From Mytilus edulis (lineage: Eukaryota), in assembly GCF_963676685.1 (NCBI RefSeq), contig NC_092349.1, positions 69,688,001 through 69,752,000 of the forward strand: a stretch of 64,000 nt of DNA, given 5' to 3'. This document shows positions 25,956 through 40,421 of the stretch, piece by piece. The notes under the pieces were generated by a model. It did not search any database, had not been told where the DNA came from, and saw nothing but the letters and a program-made list of their open reading frames with translations. Each line of letters begins with the position of its first letter. The stretch's first letter is position 1. A program made the position numbers and the translations under genes.

Positions 25956-26871
25956 TTACTCGGTAATTAGGTATCCAGAAAATGTCGACCTTTGATCTCC
26001 AAAAATTGTTTCCGCACTACTGGCATGTTTGACATAAACTGTGTCACTCTTCTTTAATGCCATCACAACATTCAGAGTCCCAGTCGAGAAATCATTACCG
26101 AAAGCCAGGACCATTCTCTCATTATTTTTCCACAGATAGCAGTGTAAATGGCTGTTATGATGAGACATAACCGTTGTTGAAATAGAGTAGAGTCCAGTTT
26201 TGGGCGCAGTAAAAACTCCAGTGTCGTTATCATAAGCTCCACCCATGTTTAACCATATTTTGTCAAATATAACAACTTCATATCCAGCAAGATTCTTATG
26301 TGGTGTAAGCGATGCTGTAAAAGCTGGCCTTTCATTTTCTCGTCCAGGTTCTGAAAAATAATGGAATTTGAACGCAGCTTGAAAAATAACCCTAACAGAC
26401 TATATTCAATTTGTCTTTATGACATTATGTTAATTGAAAGGAAAAATATACCTTTTGATAGACAAGTAAAAAAAAAGAAGCATTAAATAATATAACAAGA
26501 TCTCTTTATTGAAATAAATTTTACGCATACGTTCAGAACTCAAAAAACATTGTCATGCGAATTTTTTTTTTATTGATTTTTTTAAAAGCTGCTGAAACAC
26601 ATATACTTTTTTAATACATACCGTATCCAATGTCGTCAATAACAGCCTGTTTTATCCGAGGAATCATCTCGTTCATGGTATCCTCTACTGTCTTCTTAAT
26701 AGCGGCCCTCAACACCTCATTAAGTTTTGTGGTATCGAACAGAGCAACTAAAGGCATATTTTGATTGTCCAGTAGTGGTATCTCAGTAGAAGAGTTGTCA
26801 CTATTTTGTCCTTTCGAGTATTTCATAATCGTTATTACTAAAAGTTGAAACAAAATCCCTCTTAGTACCAT
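25956..26871 (-). CDS. Secreted C1qDC protein, gene 3 (exons 26871-26622, 26350-25956; ~214 aa)
   Basis: Same two-exon phase-1 GT-AG structure as gene 2. gC1q motifs AFTASL, FDKIWLNMGGAYD, GVFTAPKTGLY, STFSGYLI. Confidence 0.93.
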
Positions 26872-29839
26872 CGTTACAAGTTTAACAATTGTTTTCTTCA
26901 CTCCGACTGTGTATTTGAAAACCTGCAAGAACTTATATGTTTAGGAAATTACGAATGCAAAGTATTTATATGCATTGCTCACATGGCTTATTATAACAAA
27001 AACATAAAAAAACCAAAAAAAACCAAAACAACAAAACTGTCAGAGTAAGAGTGTTTGCTTGCAAATTAAAGACCGGCAAATGGTGTAAGTTAACGTTTGC
27101 TGTGTTTTATAGTTTTTTTTTATCAGATATCAAAGGGAACTGTTTAGATTAAAAAGGTTTTGTTACAAGATTTATATAGTTTTGTTGAACATAGTTCAAA
27201 GCAATATCATCAACCTAAGTTGGGGATCATGTAGGGAAGCCCTCTTGGATTGCTAGATTGCTTCTAAAGAAAGACAAGCACAGACTGACTTTAAAGGTCA
27301 AAGGTTTTCATTAGACGTGAGATTGCACGATTGCCCAGTTAACCCGAAGCATGTTGGACCTACTTGGTTATTCGGCAAGATCTGTAACCATTCAAGAAAT
27401 ATCTAGCTAAATGACAAGTGGAGTCAACATCGAGTTGGATAGTCCTACGCCAGTATTTTCTGGAGGCATTTTGAGAGGGAAATAATCTACCATCAGATTA
27501 AACATATTCACTTAGGTACTGAGGCCGTTTTATAGTTATGAAGGCCATTTTAAACACACATGACGTCACTAATCGTGACATGGGATTAAAGGAAGAGCTG
27601 AACAGCAAATACACAGGCTATTTGAAGACCGATTAGACATATCACATCAGACCCTGCTTTTATAATTACATGTGAAGCCGGATATTTTTACCCTTCTGGA
27701 GCACCTGAGATCACTCCCGTTTTTGGTGGGGTTCGTGTTGTGTACTCTTTAGTTTTCTATGTTGTACATGTATTTTGTGTAAATTAAGTGCCTGTTTGTC
27801 TTTATTCTTTTGAGACATGGCGTTGTCAGTTTATTTTCGACTTGTGTGAGTTATTTCGCCTCTCTTTTGTGAATTTATCAATGACTAAGATCAAAATTGA
27901 TCTCACAATTGTAAAAAAAAATCAGGATATAAAATTTCGAACATAAAAGTTCCAGGTAGGCTTAATTTAGTACTATGCTTTAAATATAACGACAAGGATA
28001 TGAAGAATGCTATGTGTTTACAGTTCAATTTTCGTATAATTTGCACTCAAAAGAATTTTGTTTATACGCATTGGGTTCTGTTGACGTGCACGTATTTCAT
28101 TGAAATATATAATTTTTTTGACATTATCACTCCAATATAAAAAAGAAGATGTGATATGATTGCCAAAGAGACAACTGTCCACAAGAGATCAAAATGACAC
28201 AGACATTAACCACTATAGGTCACCGTACGGCCTTCAACAATAAGCCAATCCCATACCGCATAGTCAGCTATAAAAGGCCCGATATGACCATGTTTTATAC
28301 AATAAACTCATAATCTCCTGCCCGGGACTCAAAACTTTTTTAGGAGATAATCGTACTTCATCACAATTTTAATGATTTTGTTCAGTTCCTAGTGACAATT
28401 AATACTAGTATTTAAGACAAAACCATGCTTGTTGGAAAATACTATCGCATATCTTTTAATAGCACAAAAATTAATAGTATTTCAGCTGTAATTTTTCGAT
28501 GATTTCCTACAATCACATCTTTACAATTTTTTTTAACGATTTTCATGTAAGAAAAAAAATTCTGTACAAATAACACTTGAAAAAGCGTTTTTTTTTCAGG
28601 CATGCTTTACTATCTATAACTGGTGAAATGTAAAAATGGTTAGTTTTATGAGACCCAAAAGAACTGCTTTGTTGTTTTCATTCAAAGAAACATATTTACT
28701 GAAATGTTGTTAAAATACGTGATACCAGGATATTTCCCCCCTTTTCATTACCAAAATGTTTGCACAATCTCTCATTTGAAATACAAAGCATAACATGATA
28801 CATATAGTTATGTTATGTTCATGTATGATCATGTATATGTATTCAATAATGTACAGCTAAGTGTCTCTCTGGGGAGTAAAAGGCACACCATATAACGGAG
28901 TGTTTTGATAAACACAACAAAATACTGAACAAATCACACTCATTGACAAAGTGTTCAATAATTATGATGTTTTTAAAGAGTTTCAGAAAACGGAGATGAA
29001 TGTAAGAGTTCTAATTTGAAAATTCAAATGTCATTGATAGCCTATTCATTCACCATAGATTCAATGTTGATTTTTTAATTGCCCCACAAATTTAATGAAA
29101 CTAATTCAATGAGCATTAAAGATACGCAGAACGAGTTTGACGATATAGTATAGTGGACAAATATTGAGAACAATATTGCAAAGATTCGATGAGGATTCAT
29201 TGGCACTTCTCTTTATCTACCAGTCAGCCATTACACGTGATCAGCGACAGAAACCCATGCATGTACGTGCATTTTGTTTACATGAAATCAAACATTAGAT
29301 AATCAATAAGGTATTTATAGAATAGAACAATGTTTAGCTGATTAGACGACGTTTCTCAGCATTATACATTGAAATTGAAGATGCTAGCAGACAACTACAC
29401 CATTCAGATGATTAATTTATCGCAAACTATAATCACCGCAATCGATTAATAAAATAAAAGAATTAAAGAAGGCATGAAATATATTGTGGCTGTACCACAA
29501 ATCAACGTGAATTACACATGAATGAGTGAACTCATAACAAATATGTTGCACTTTGTATGTATCTAGGGAGATCATTCTCACATTAATTATTTGTTAATGT
29601 TAACTTTGATTGCGACATCATAATTTGTTTAATGGGTACGCCAAAATACTTCTATAGCCTATTCAACTATCAAGAATTGCCGAAATGAATGAAGATATAA
29701 GCAAATCAGAATTAAATTTCTGGAAAATGCTTTATTTATTACTAGATGAATATATTAAATTTCCTTGATCTTTTACTAAACACCTCCTAAACATATCTCA
29801 TTTCCTGATCAAATTCTTCTAAAAGATTTTTTTACTGGT

Positions 29840-30731
29840 TTACTCGGTAATAAGGTATCCAGAAAATGTCGACCTTTCATCTCCAAAAATGTTTTCCGTA
29901 CTACTTATATGTTTGACATAAACTGTGTCATTCCTCTTCAATGCAACCACAACATTCAGAGTCCCAGTTGATAAATCAGTACCGAACGCCAGGACCATTC
30001 TCTCATTATTTTTCCACAGATAGCAGTGTAAATCGCTGTTATGATGAGACATAACCGTTGTTGAAATAGAGTAGAGTCCTGTTTTGGGTGCAGTAAACAC
30101 TCCAGTGTCGTTATCATAAGCTCCACCCATGTTTAACCATATTTTGTCAAATATAATAACTTCATTTCCAAGATTCTTATGTGATGTAAGCGATGCTGTA
30201 AAAGCTGGCCTTTCCTTTTTTCGTCCAGGTTCTGAAAAATAACGCAACTTGAACGCAGCTTGAAAAATAACCCTAACAGACTATATTCAATTTGTCTTTA
30301 TGACATTATGTTGATTGAAAGGAAAAAGATACCTTTTTATAGAGAAGTAAAAAAAGAAGCATTAAATAATATAACAATATCTCTTTATTAAAACAAATTT
30401 TACGCATACGTTCAGAACTCAAAATAGTTCTGTTTTTTGATTTTATTCAAAGCTGCTGAAATACATATACTTTTTACATACCGTATCCAATGTCGTCAAT
30501 AACAGCCTGTTTTATCCGAGGAATCATCTCGTTCATGGTATCTTCTACTGTCTTCTTAATAGCGGCCCTCAACACCTCGTTAAGTTTTGTGGTATCGAAC
30601 AGAGCAACTAAAGGCATATTTTGATTTTTCAGTAGTGGTATCTCAGAAGAAGAGTTGTCGCTATTTTGTCCTTTCCCGTATTTCATAATCATAATTACAA
30701 AAAGTAGAAACAGAATCCCTCTTAGTACCAT
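29840..30731 (-). CDS. Secreted C1qDC protein, gene 4 (exons 30731-30482, 30231-29840; ~213 aa)
   Basis: Signal peptide plus stalk exon and gC1q exon, canonical splice sites, 250+392 nt in frame. Confidence 0.93.
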
Positions 30732-31840
30732 TATTACAAGTTTAACAACTGTTTTTTTTTATGCTCAAACTGTTTAGTTAGCAACCAGAGAAAACTGATA
30801 TGTTTCGGAAATTATCAAATGAGAAGTATTTATATGCGTGGCTCACGTGGTTTATTAAAAAAGCCACAACAAATAAAAAAACTGTCAGAGTCTAAGATTT
30901 TTTGTTTGCAAATTAAAGACCGGCAAATGGTCGCTGTCTTTCATTGTTTATTTTATCAGATATCACAGGGAACTGTTTAAATTGGATAAAGGTTTTGTTA
31001 AAAGACATATAGATCCGTTGAACATAGATTAAAGCAAAATCGCCTATCTTGGTTGGAGCTCCTACATGTAGAGTACCCTCTTTAGTCACATGGTCGCTTT
31101 TAAATATATCACAGGTCACAAGGTGACTTTCAAGCAAATTTAAAAGTCTCCAAATTAATGCCTTGAACATGTTAAAAGGTCACAGATCGTTTTAAATTAG
31201 GCGCCAGGATGCACGGTCGCCTACCAAAGCCCGAAGGTCCCGGATACTAATTGGACCATGTTTGATCCACTTGGTTATTCGCGAGATTAACACAACTTTT
31301 GAGAAAAGTCGTATGATTATTCAACAACAATGGGGTTAAATGACAAGTGGAGTCAACACCGATTTCGCTAGTCCTACGCCTTTATTGTCTGAAGGAATTT
31401 TGAGAGGGAAATAATCTATCATCAGATTAAACATATTGATTTTGGTACTTGATCCGTTTTAAAGTTATGAAGGCCAGGTCAAACACATATTACGTCACAA
31501 ATAGTGACATGGGATTTTGGGAAGAGCTGAACAGAAAATACACAAGCTCATTGAAGACCGATTTGACATATCACATCAGGCTCCGCTTTTATAATTACAT
31601 GTGAAGCTGAATATGCTTACTCTTCCGGATCAACTAACACCAGCCCCGTTTTTGGTGGGGTTCTTGTTGCTTAGTCTTTAATTTTCTATGTTGCACATTT
31701 ATTTTGTGCAAATTAAGTGCGTTTGTCTAATTTTTCTTTCGCCATGGCGTTGTCAGTTTATTTTCGACATTTATAAAAGACTTAGATCAAAATTGATCTC
31801 AAAATTGTAGAAAAAAAAATCAGAGAATAAAGTTTCGAAC

Positions 31841-31970
31841 GGTCGCCGAGTGGTTTAAGTAGTGCACTCAACTACAATCTTAATTGACTAGGATTGTCAG
31901 TTTTCCTATTGAAGGTCGGGTACTCCGGCTTACTCCCCCAATATAAACTGGCCGCCATTAAATAGCCTAA
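31841..31970 (+). mobile_element. Internally deleted copy of the same SINE family
   Basis: GCCGAGTGGTTTAAG...TTAATTGACTAGGATTGTCAG...GGGTACTCCGGCTT matches 6793-7020. It is absent from paralogous sites ~23825 and ~27940 (tttcgaac..aagttccagg). Confidence 0.75.
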
Positions 31971-34637
31971 AAGTTCCAGGTGGGCATATTTTAGTTTAAA
32001 TATAACGACTCTGACTCTGTGTTTACAATTTTCGTATAATTTGCACCCAAAAGAACTAAATGTATATACGCATCGGGTTCTGTTGACGTCAACGTATATG
32101 ATAGAAACATATCTTCTTCTTTTTTACATAACCACTCCAACCACACTATGTTTGTATAAAACAAACTAATGATCTGCTGCCCGCAACTCAAACTTCTGAG
32201 AAACTATTTGTGAGTGATTTTTATCGTAGATTTCAAACTTGAAGGGTTATCGTACTTGATCACAATTTAAATGACTATGTTAAGTTGCTAGTGGCATTTT
32301 AAAACTGTTAATACTAGTATTCAAGACAAAACCAGATACCATCGCATATTTAATGATAGCACAAAAATTAATAGTATTCTAGCTGTAATTTTAGATGATT
32401 TATAAACTTTCTAATTGAAATGTCAAATAACATACACGGCATCACAGTATTTTGTTTTAAAATCATAAACACAATTACATTTAGGATTGTTTAGTTAAAA
32501 GTCTTGTCTCTGGTGTAGTCGAACTATGGCTAATGAATTACACCAAAAATCAAAGTACTTAAGCACTGAATATCGGATAACCACAAGTTCTAGTGGATAG
32601 TCACAAGCACAAGTGTCTACAAAACAAATCACATCTCTATAACTGGAGGCAAGGTTAAGGTACATAAATGTATTTGTTTCTGAGGTAAGGTCGTGTGTGG
32701 ATGCTGAATAAATGACAGGGAATCCAACCTTTCCGTAATAAATATTAATTGTATGTGGTATACAATCTTTGCCGCAAGTTTATTGTTTTCAGTCTGGTAT
32801 TAAATCGGCAATAACAGTCAGCAGGGTTTTAGAACATCAGTTTGACCTGTTGGTCAAAGGCGTTTAATTAATATATACTTTTTTCACTCTTTTGGAAAAT
32901 GTTGTGTGTGCTGTATTTAGGCCCCTCTACAACGAAATTTGTATTACATGCACACGTATAAAAATTGTAGCATTTGTACAACACGATCGTAGGTTTGAAC
33001 GTTATTTTCAATTTAGAATTGTACATATAATTTTCATCCATTTGTATATGATTCTATTATACTATTCTTATGATAGTGCAATGCAACTGCATGGTCGACA
33101 CTCCTCTGTAATTATTCGTTTTTCTAATAGATTGGATTAGAAAGACATTAATATATTCATTCGTTTGTTGCAGAATGTTCTAGGATATTCTTCCACATGC
33201 GTTGACACAAATTTCGGTATTCCTGATTAGTTCTATATATACATTTATTTCTTACGACCAAACAGTTTCATACCATTTATCCATGTTCTTTTAAATCAAT
33301 TTAATCAATATTTTTTATGAAAGCGATAAGGAATACTATCTTCACTCGGTAATATCCGCGTTTTTTATTATACGTAATAAGTTCGGTTATAAGTTAGAAA
33401 CGCATGTCAGGTGGTTAGAAATCTCTGTGGCAACAATACAGCGGAATACCTCACCTCACGGTAATCCGCTGTAAAAAAAAATGGGGTCGATAAAATGTTG
33501 ATTCCCTTCATTCACATCTTTTCAATTTTACTTTTACGATTTTCATGTATAAAAAGTCTGTACAAATAAAGTTTGAGAAAGCGTTTTTTTTTTGGAGCAT
33601 GCTATAATATCTATTACTGGTTAAAGGTTAAAAATGATAAGTTTAATTAGACTCAAAGGATTGATATGTTGTTTTCATTAAAAAAAAAAAAAAAACACAT
33701 CTTACTGAAATATTGTTAAAATTTGTAATAGACATTATTTTTTTTCTGTTTTCATTACAAAATTGTTTTCACTGTGAGTAACAATCTTTCATTTGATATA
33801 CAAAGTATACATATAGTTGCGTTATTTTTTTTTGTATATGTATTCAATAATGTACAGCTAAGTGTTCCTTTTGGGAGTAATCGGAACACCATATATCATA
33901 GTGTTTTAATGAATAACAAAACACTGAACAAATCACACTCATTAACAAAGTGTTCAATAATCATGTTGTTTTTCACGAAGTTAAAAAGAACAGAGATGAA
34001 TGTAAGAATTCTAATTTGAAAATGCAAATGGCATTGATAGCCTATTTATTCACCATATGTTCCATGTTAATTTGTAATTCCCCGAAAGGTTGATTGAAAC
34101 TAATTGAAGGTGCATTAAAGAAATGTAGAAAGAGTTTGACAACATAGTTTAGTGGACCAATATATAAAACAATACTTTAAGATTCAATGATGGTTCAATG
34201 GATTTTCTCATTATCTATAAGTCAGCCATTACACGTACTCAGAGACAAATGCACATGCATGTACGTGCATTTTGTTTACATGAAATCGAACATAAGATAC
34301 TCAGTTTAGGTATTTATAGAGTGGAACAATATGTAGCTGATTTGACGATGTTTCTCATCATTATAAATTGAAATTGAAGCTGCCAGGAAGCTATACGAAT
34401 TCATGTAATCAATTCCTCTAAAACATCGATTGCAACCGGTAAATGAAGTGATAGAGAGACATCACAAGAGAACAAAATAGAAAAAAAGAAAGAATTGTAA
34501 ATGTATTTTTTGTTTGTTTATTGTTTGTTCGTTTTTATTTTTAAATTAATAGGACTACATTATAAATTCAATGGGCAGTACCATACACTTCTAGCAGCAG
34601 TCCACTACCAATAATTTGACTAAAACAATAAAGATAA

Positions 34638-34948
34638 ATAAGAATGTGTCCCGAGTACACGGATGCCCTATCCGCACTATCATTTTCTATGTTCAGTGGA
34701 CCGTGAAAATGGGATAAAATCTCTGATTTGGCATTAAAATTAGAAGGATCATATCATAGGGAACATGTTTACTAAGTTTCAAGTTGATCGGACTTCAACT
34801 TCATCAAAAGGTACCTTGAACAAAAACTTTAACCAAAACTTTAACCTGAAACGGGACAGACGGAAGAACAGACGAACGAACGAACCAACGAACAGACGGA
34901 CGGAGACACAGACCAGAAAACATAATGCCCATAAATGGGGCATAAAAT
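34638..34948 (-). mobile_element. pearl/HINE-type element just downstream of gene 5
   Basis: Minus strand begins TTTTATGCCCCATTTATGGGCAT (hairpin), then a (CGTT/CGTC)n microsatellite, and ends GTGTACTCGGGACACATTCTT. Absent from the gene 3/4 flanks. Confidence 0.7.
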
Positions 34949-35179
34949 AAGAAGGAAATTTTCTGGAAAAGTGTTGTATTTATTACTATATAAATATAAT
35001 AATAATTTTCAGTCATTCACTAAACAAATTCTTTTTTAAGATTTGAAATGATATAGGTACTAGCATTTTTAATTTTGCAGTTTACATGAGTTAACCAATA
35101 TCTATATATAACAATCATAATGACGGCTGCTTCCAAAACATTTCTCGTTTCTATATCTATTACTTCTTTTGTTCCTGGT

Positions 35180-38100
35180 TTACTCGGTAATTAGGTATCC
35201 AGAAAATGTCGACCTATGATTTCCAAAAACTTTCTCCGTGTTACCAGTATGTTTGACATAAACTGTGTCATTCATCTTCAATGCCATCACAACATTCAGA
35301 GTCCCAGTCGAGTTATTAGTACCGAAAGCCAGGACCATTCTCTCATTATTTTTCCACAGATAGCAGTGTAAATACATGGCATGATAAGACATAACCGTTG
35401 TTGAAATAGAGTAAAGACCCGTTTTCGGCGCAGTAAAAACTCCAGTATCCTTATCATAAGCTCCACCCATGTTTAACCATATTTTGTCAAATATAACAAC
35501 TTCATGTCCACCAAGATTTCTGTTAAGTGTAAGCGATGCTGTAAATGCTGGTCTGTCTTTTTCTCGTCCAGGTTCTGAAAAATAATTTTCTATACAATTG
35601 GCATACAGTTTGAAAAATAACCCTTATATACTATATTGTCTATATGACATTCAGTTGAACGGCAAACGATTTAATGGCTTCTAAGTTCAAGACATTGGTC
35701 ACGTGATAAAAGGTCAGAGTTTACGATTTTTTGGTAAACGTGCATGCCTCGTGGTTTTTGGACTCGTATCGTCTTATTTGTACTCGTACATTAATAAAAA
35801 CCAAAGTGTTCAATTCTAGATTGAATAAGCTTTCTTATTTTATATAATTATAATAAAAAAGTATTGTTAAAATGTTATAAATTCACGAGTGAAGTGAAAC
35901 TTTTTTTCTGAAAATTTGCGTAGGTCCACGGAAAATCATTAATAAATCCTTAAATAGGTTTGGTAACGTGTTGAGGGGTATAAAATATGAAGTAAAACCG
36001 TTTTTTCCTTCTTATATAACAATATCAGATCACAAAAACCCCGGATACGCAATTGTGTCAGTTTATTCGTGGCGAAGCGGAGTTCAAAGGGAGATTGTCA
36101 CGGAACAGAAGTTCCTTCATAATATAATTTCCAATTGGAACAAATATTCTGGAATATTATTTCCACAGGAATAAATATTACAGTAGATGTTCCTAACGGA
36201 ATAAATAGTATAGAATATTTGTTCCATCAGGTACAGGTATTATGACCTTGTTTATAACAAAGTTTCCACTGGAACTTCTGTTAGGTAGAACAAATATACG
36301 TTGACAAGATAACTCGGTACTCGCATCGTAGGATATTGCAAGTTTACAACAGTAAATTTGAGTAAAATTAATGATTGCAGATCTATTTCGAAGAGTTCTT
36401 GAATACCTTTCAATATTCCATGTTCCTCTATTGTTGTAACATTAAAATAGTCATGGAATGGTTGAATATGACATTTTTTTCAAGTTCTTACAGGTTGTTG
36501 AACACTTCCAAAGAAGACAATTACCTACATTTTATAACAGACTGACTTTTTCTCTGAAACTTGAACTTATTGTATATATATTCTCAAACACCTTTTTGGT
36601 AGATAGAAGGATACAAGATGGGTTTATCAGTCATTTGTCAAAAGAACCTGTGTTACAATAGAAGCAGAAGGCTCAAGCAGAAGATTACATTTAAACAAAA
36701 ATATGGAAAAAAAGGAAATATAGTCTTCAAAATTGTGACCATAATTACCATAGATTGAAAATAAAATCAATCTGCAGTAGCCAGAAGTACATGTACAATT
36801 TTTGTTTTATTATAGCTGCTTTAAGATACAATTGCAGATCTCAGGGAGTCTGGTGATTGGAACCTCCTCTTTTTATGGAAGATTAATGCATTTGAATGGG
36901 ATCATGCATATAATTGGAACCATCCTTTTTATCCTTGGTTGAGAATACCACCACTTATGTTTAAAATTTTCTGGATTCACCCTGAGATAAGAAACTACAT
37001 AAGTTGTACAAGTTCTGTTGCTTGCCTTAATCAAGAGAAAAAAATCTGAACATCCAAAGAACCAGAAAGGGATTTAAAATATAATAATCAACACAAAGAT
37101 AACTGTACAAAAGCTGTATTGCAATCTGATATCCTGCAGTTATCATAAATCCTATTATATGTAATATTTCAAGTTTTGCTTTATATTTTTTCTTCTTTCT
37201 TATATTTGAATTCAAAAGTCCTGCAACCAACTGTTAAGTCCTTTCAATTAAATTTTTGATTGGATAATAACCTAAGCTGACCAGTAAATAAAATTTGAAA
37301 ATGCTTTGTTGAAATAAAATAGTGGTATTATGTCATTAGATATACTGAATCAACTTCCAATTTAATCCAAATTCACATTTACCTGCTCTAAAATGCATAG
37401 TCAATTGGACTACAAAAATCTGTGACTACTTCAATGTATAACATAGAGATTGTGGTCACCTCCCAAGTTATAGTAGTCTCAGACAAAAACAAAACTGATT
37501 TAAATACAGTATGTTCAGAATTTTTTTGAAAAAGGACAACAAAAAGAAATTTATTATTCTGATATCAGAAATAAATTCAAAGCGGAATGTCAGTTCTTTT
37601 AATTGAGATAACTAGTTTAATAACATTATTTACTATTTTAAAAAAATCATGATATTATCTGGATTTACAATCATTGACTAAGCTTGTCTTCCACTCACTT
37701 ACTTTAAATGCTTTTAAAAGTTAACCTGTCAGTACTAAAATAAAGAAATGTGGTATAAGACAAGATATTTTATTCCAATTAAAGGGCATATGAAGAGCAA
37801 AGTAATGTACATGTATTACAATGATTTACATATATGTATATATAATGGAACAATGATGTTGATATTAATCAGATAAATATGGAGATAACCAACTCCATTC
37901 TTAGATGTTAAACCACAGCCAGATCAGAGCCACACATATATTTGAAAAGGCATATAACAATTATATCTTCAATTAACAGCCAAATATTCCCAAAGGCCCA
38001 ATTAAAACAATATCTGTACTCTATATATTGATAGTTTTCTGAGTTCAAAACATTTATTTTTCAACACTTTTCAATGCCTCTAGGTTTTCTTGAATGAAAA

Positions 38101-40421
38101 GCCAATTAGATTTGGCACTTGTGCTTAACTTTTCAATTTTTTTACAACTTATTATTATATTATCATTAAATTCTTTTCATAAAACTTATAAAGGGGAAAC
38201 TGACATTTATGGTATAGTTGCCAATGAGATAACATTCTGGAAACTTATCACCAGAGTCCAAGTCTCTGTTAGCAGTGACAGTTAAATTACAAGTCACTTT
38301 ACATACATCAACAATCAATACATTCCATTGTTTTAAGGCACATGAGGAAAATACATATAAGAGTAACATGCCTTAGCACAAGAGAATATTAGAAATTATA
38401 ATATAAATAAGTAAATATCAGAGGCAAAAAAGACAGGACTTAGCCACTGGACTTTTAGTAAAGTATGCCCTTACCAATCCTTAGAGGAGCTGCTGTATAC
38501 TAGAAAAAATGATGTTGGTGATTTAACCCTATCAATAACCATTTTAGCATTACATTATTGTCAATTGCTATCTGCTCTATTTGTTCCAACCTGTTATGAG
38601 AGTCAAAATGTATACCCAGGGTGGGAATTAAACCCATGTACGTTCATTTACTTTATTGTTCTTTGTGTACATAAAATGTACATGTACATGAAATATATCA
38701 AATGCAAAAAATGCTGTAATGTATCATTACACCGGCCCTCACCAGTTAAGGACCAAGTAAAGGAAGTCCCTGCACCTACCTAGACGTATATCCTGGGTAA
38801 GATGTATTGTATAACTCTTGAAAGTATAACACGATAAAGGTTATTGGTAAGTATATAGTAACATCAACGTGCAATTCAGGTAAACAAACTGTCAAACATA
38901 AACAATCTACCACGTGTTTGTCTGCTGTGCTTGAATTCAAAACGACCCATCAGGCTTATTTACACGAATTTTTGCTCAAAAAGACAGTTAAATATGTCCG
39001 TTTACCTTATGGGGTCTGTTAAGAATGGATTTGCTGTTATAAATTGTGTATGCATGGAAATATAAGGAAGATAACATTGATTTTTACCGTAACTTTTGAA
39101 TACACAACATTCCCAAGGTATCCCCACAAAACACATGGCTACTTTGTAACGACGGCTGGTAACGTGTAGCCACTTTCTAACGGCAAATGTGATTGGATGA
39201 TCTTCAAAGATCAATAATAAAATTCCTAATAAATGATTGGATACGAATTTGTGTCAGATTATAAATAGGTGAAAAAATGTAAACATTGAAATCCGCCATC
39301 TTGACGTAGGAAACAAACTAATTTTCAGTCTTGGATTAAAGGACATTGCCCACATTGCCAGCGTATCATGCATAAACAGTCATCTGCAAATATATCTTTC
39401 AATTTGTGTTTTACACTTACTTTTCTATGTTATAGTTAATTTAATGTTTTAATTTACTACAGAATGGGACATCGTTCTCAAAGATGCCGTAGAAAAAATT
39501 ATAGGTGGCGCTGTTTGTGGGCGTAAACATTTTACATACGGGTTCTTTTTTTGTCGACAAATTGACCTCTATCTGTCAGATTCAGGCGTTTGCCTTCCAA
39601 CTGATTATTTTAATTGAAAGGAAAAAGACTCCTTTTGAAAGCGGAGTGAAATAAAGAATGATTGAATACTATTATTAGTTACATAGTGTGTACGTAAGTG
39701 ACTTTATTCGATATACATACGGGGTCAGTAGATTTCATAGGGAGTGAGAGCGAAGCTCAAACCCCATATGATATTTTCTGTACCCGTATATATTGTATTA
39801 GGTCACTAGAACACTATGAAACGAATTTATCTTACCGACTATCTTTATGTGTTGAATATAGACTAGAGTCGTCTCATTTGCAATCATACCACATCTTCTT
39901 ATTTTTATATTAAAGTGTTCAAGTGTTCATTTTTAAGAACTTTCTTCCATTGGTCTGTACAAACTACTACTAACCTAATATGGAATATACACGGTATCCA
40001 TGCGGACGCTTTTAACCAATCATATTCGTACAAATGTATACGAGGTAAGATAAATCAATATCTCTTACTAAAACAAATTTTACGCATACGTTCATAACTC
40101 AAAATACATTGTCATGCGATATTTTTCTGATTGATTTGTTTTTTAAAAGCTCCATAATATATGTACTTTTTACATACCGTATCCAATGTCAGCAAGAACA
40201 GCCTGTTTTATCCGAGGAATCATCTCGTTCATGGTCTCTTCTACTGTCTTCTTTATAGCGATCTTCAACACCTCGTTAAGTTTTGTGGTATCGAACAGAG
40301 CAACTAAAGGCATATTTTGATTGTTCAGAAGTGGTATCTCAGCAGAAGGTTTTTGTCCATTCCCGTATTTCATAATAATTGTTAGTACAAAAATTAATAA
40401 CAAAATCCCTTTTAGTACCAT
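35180..40421 (-). CDS. Secreted C1qDC protein, gene 5 (exons 40421-40178, 35574-35180; ~212 aa; 4.6-kb intron)
   Basis: Both exons open and frame-compatible (244+395 nt). Intron ends are homologous to the short introns of genes 3/4, and the extra length is explained by insertions. Confidence 0.9.
35652..39603. mobile_element. 3952-bp non-autonomous TIR element in the gene 5 intron, 3-bp ATT TSD
   Basis: ATT|cagttgaacggcaaacg ... cgtttgccttccaactg|ATT (15/17 inverted match). Empty site gacatt-atgttaattgaaagg in the gene 3 intron. Confidence 0.8.
36096..36306. mobile_element. 211-bp Ginger-like MITE nested in the 3952-bp element
   Basis: AGAT|tgtca ... tgaca|AGAT. Internal inverted AACAGAAGTTCC / GGAACTTCTGTT and several TTCC...GGAA palindromes. 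Confidence 0.68.
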
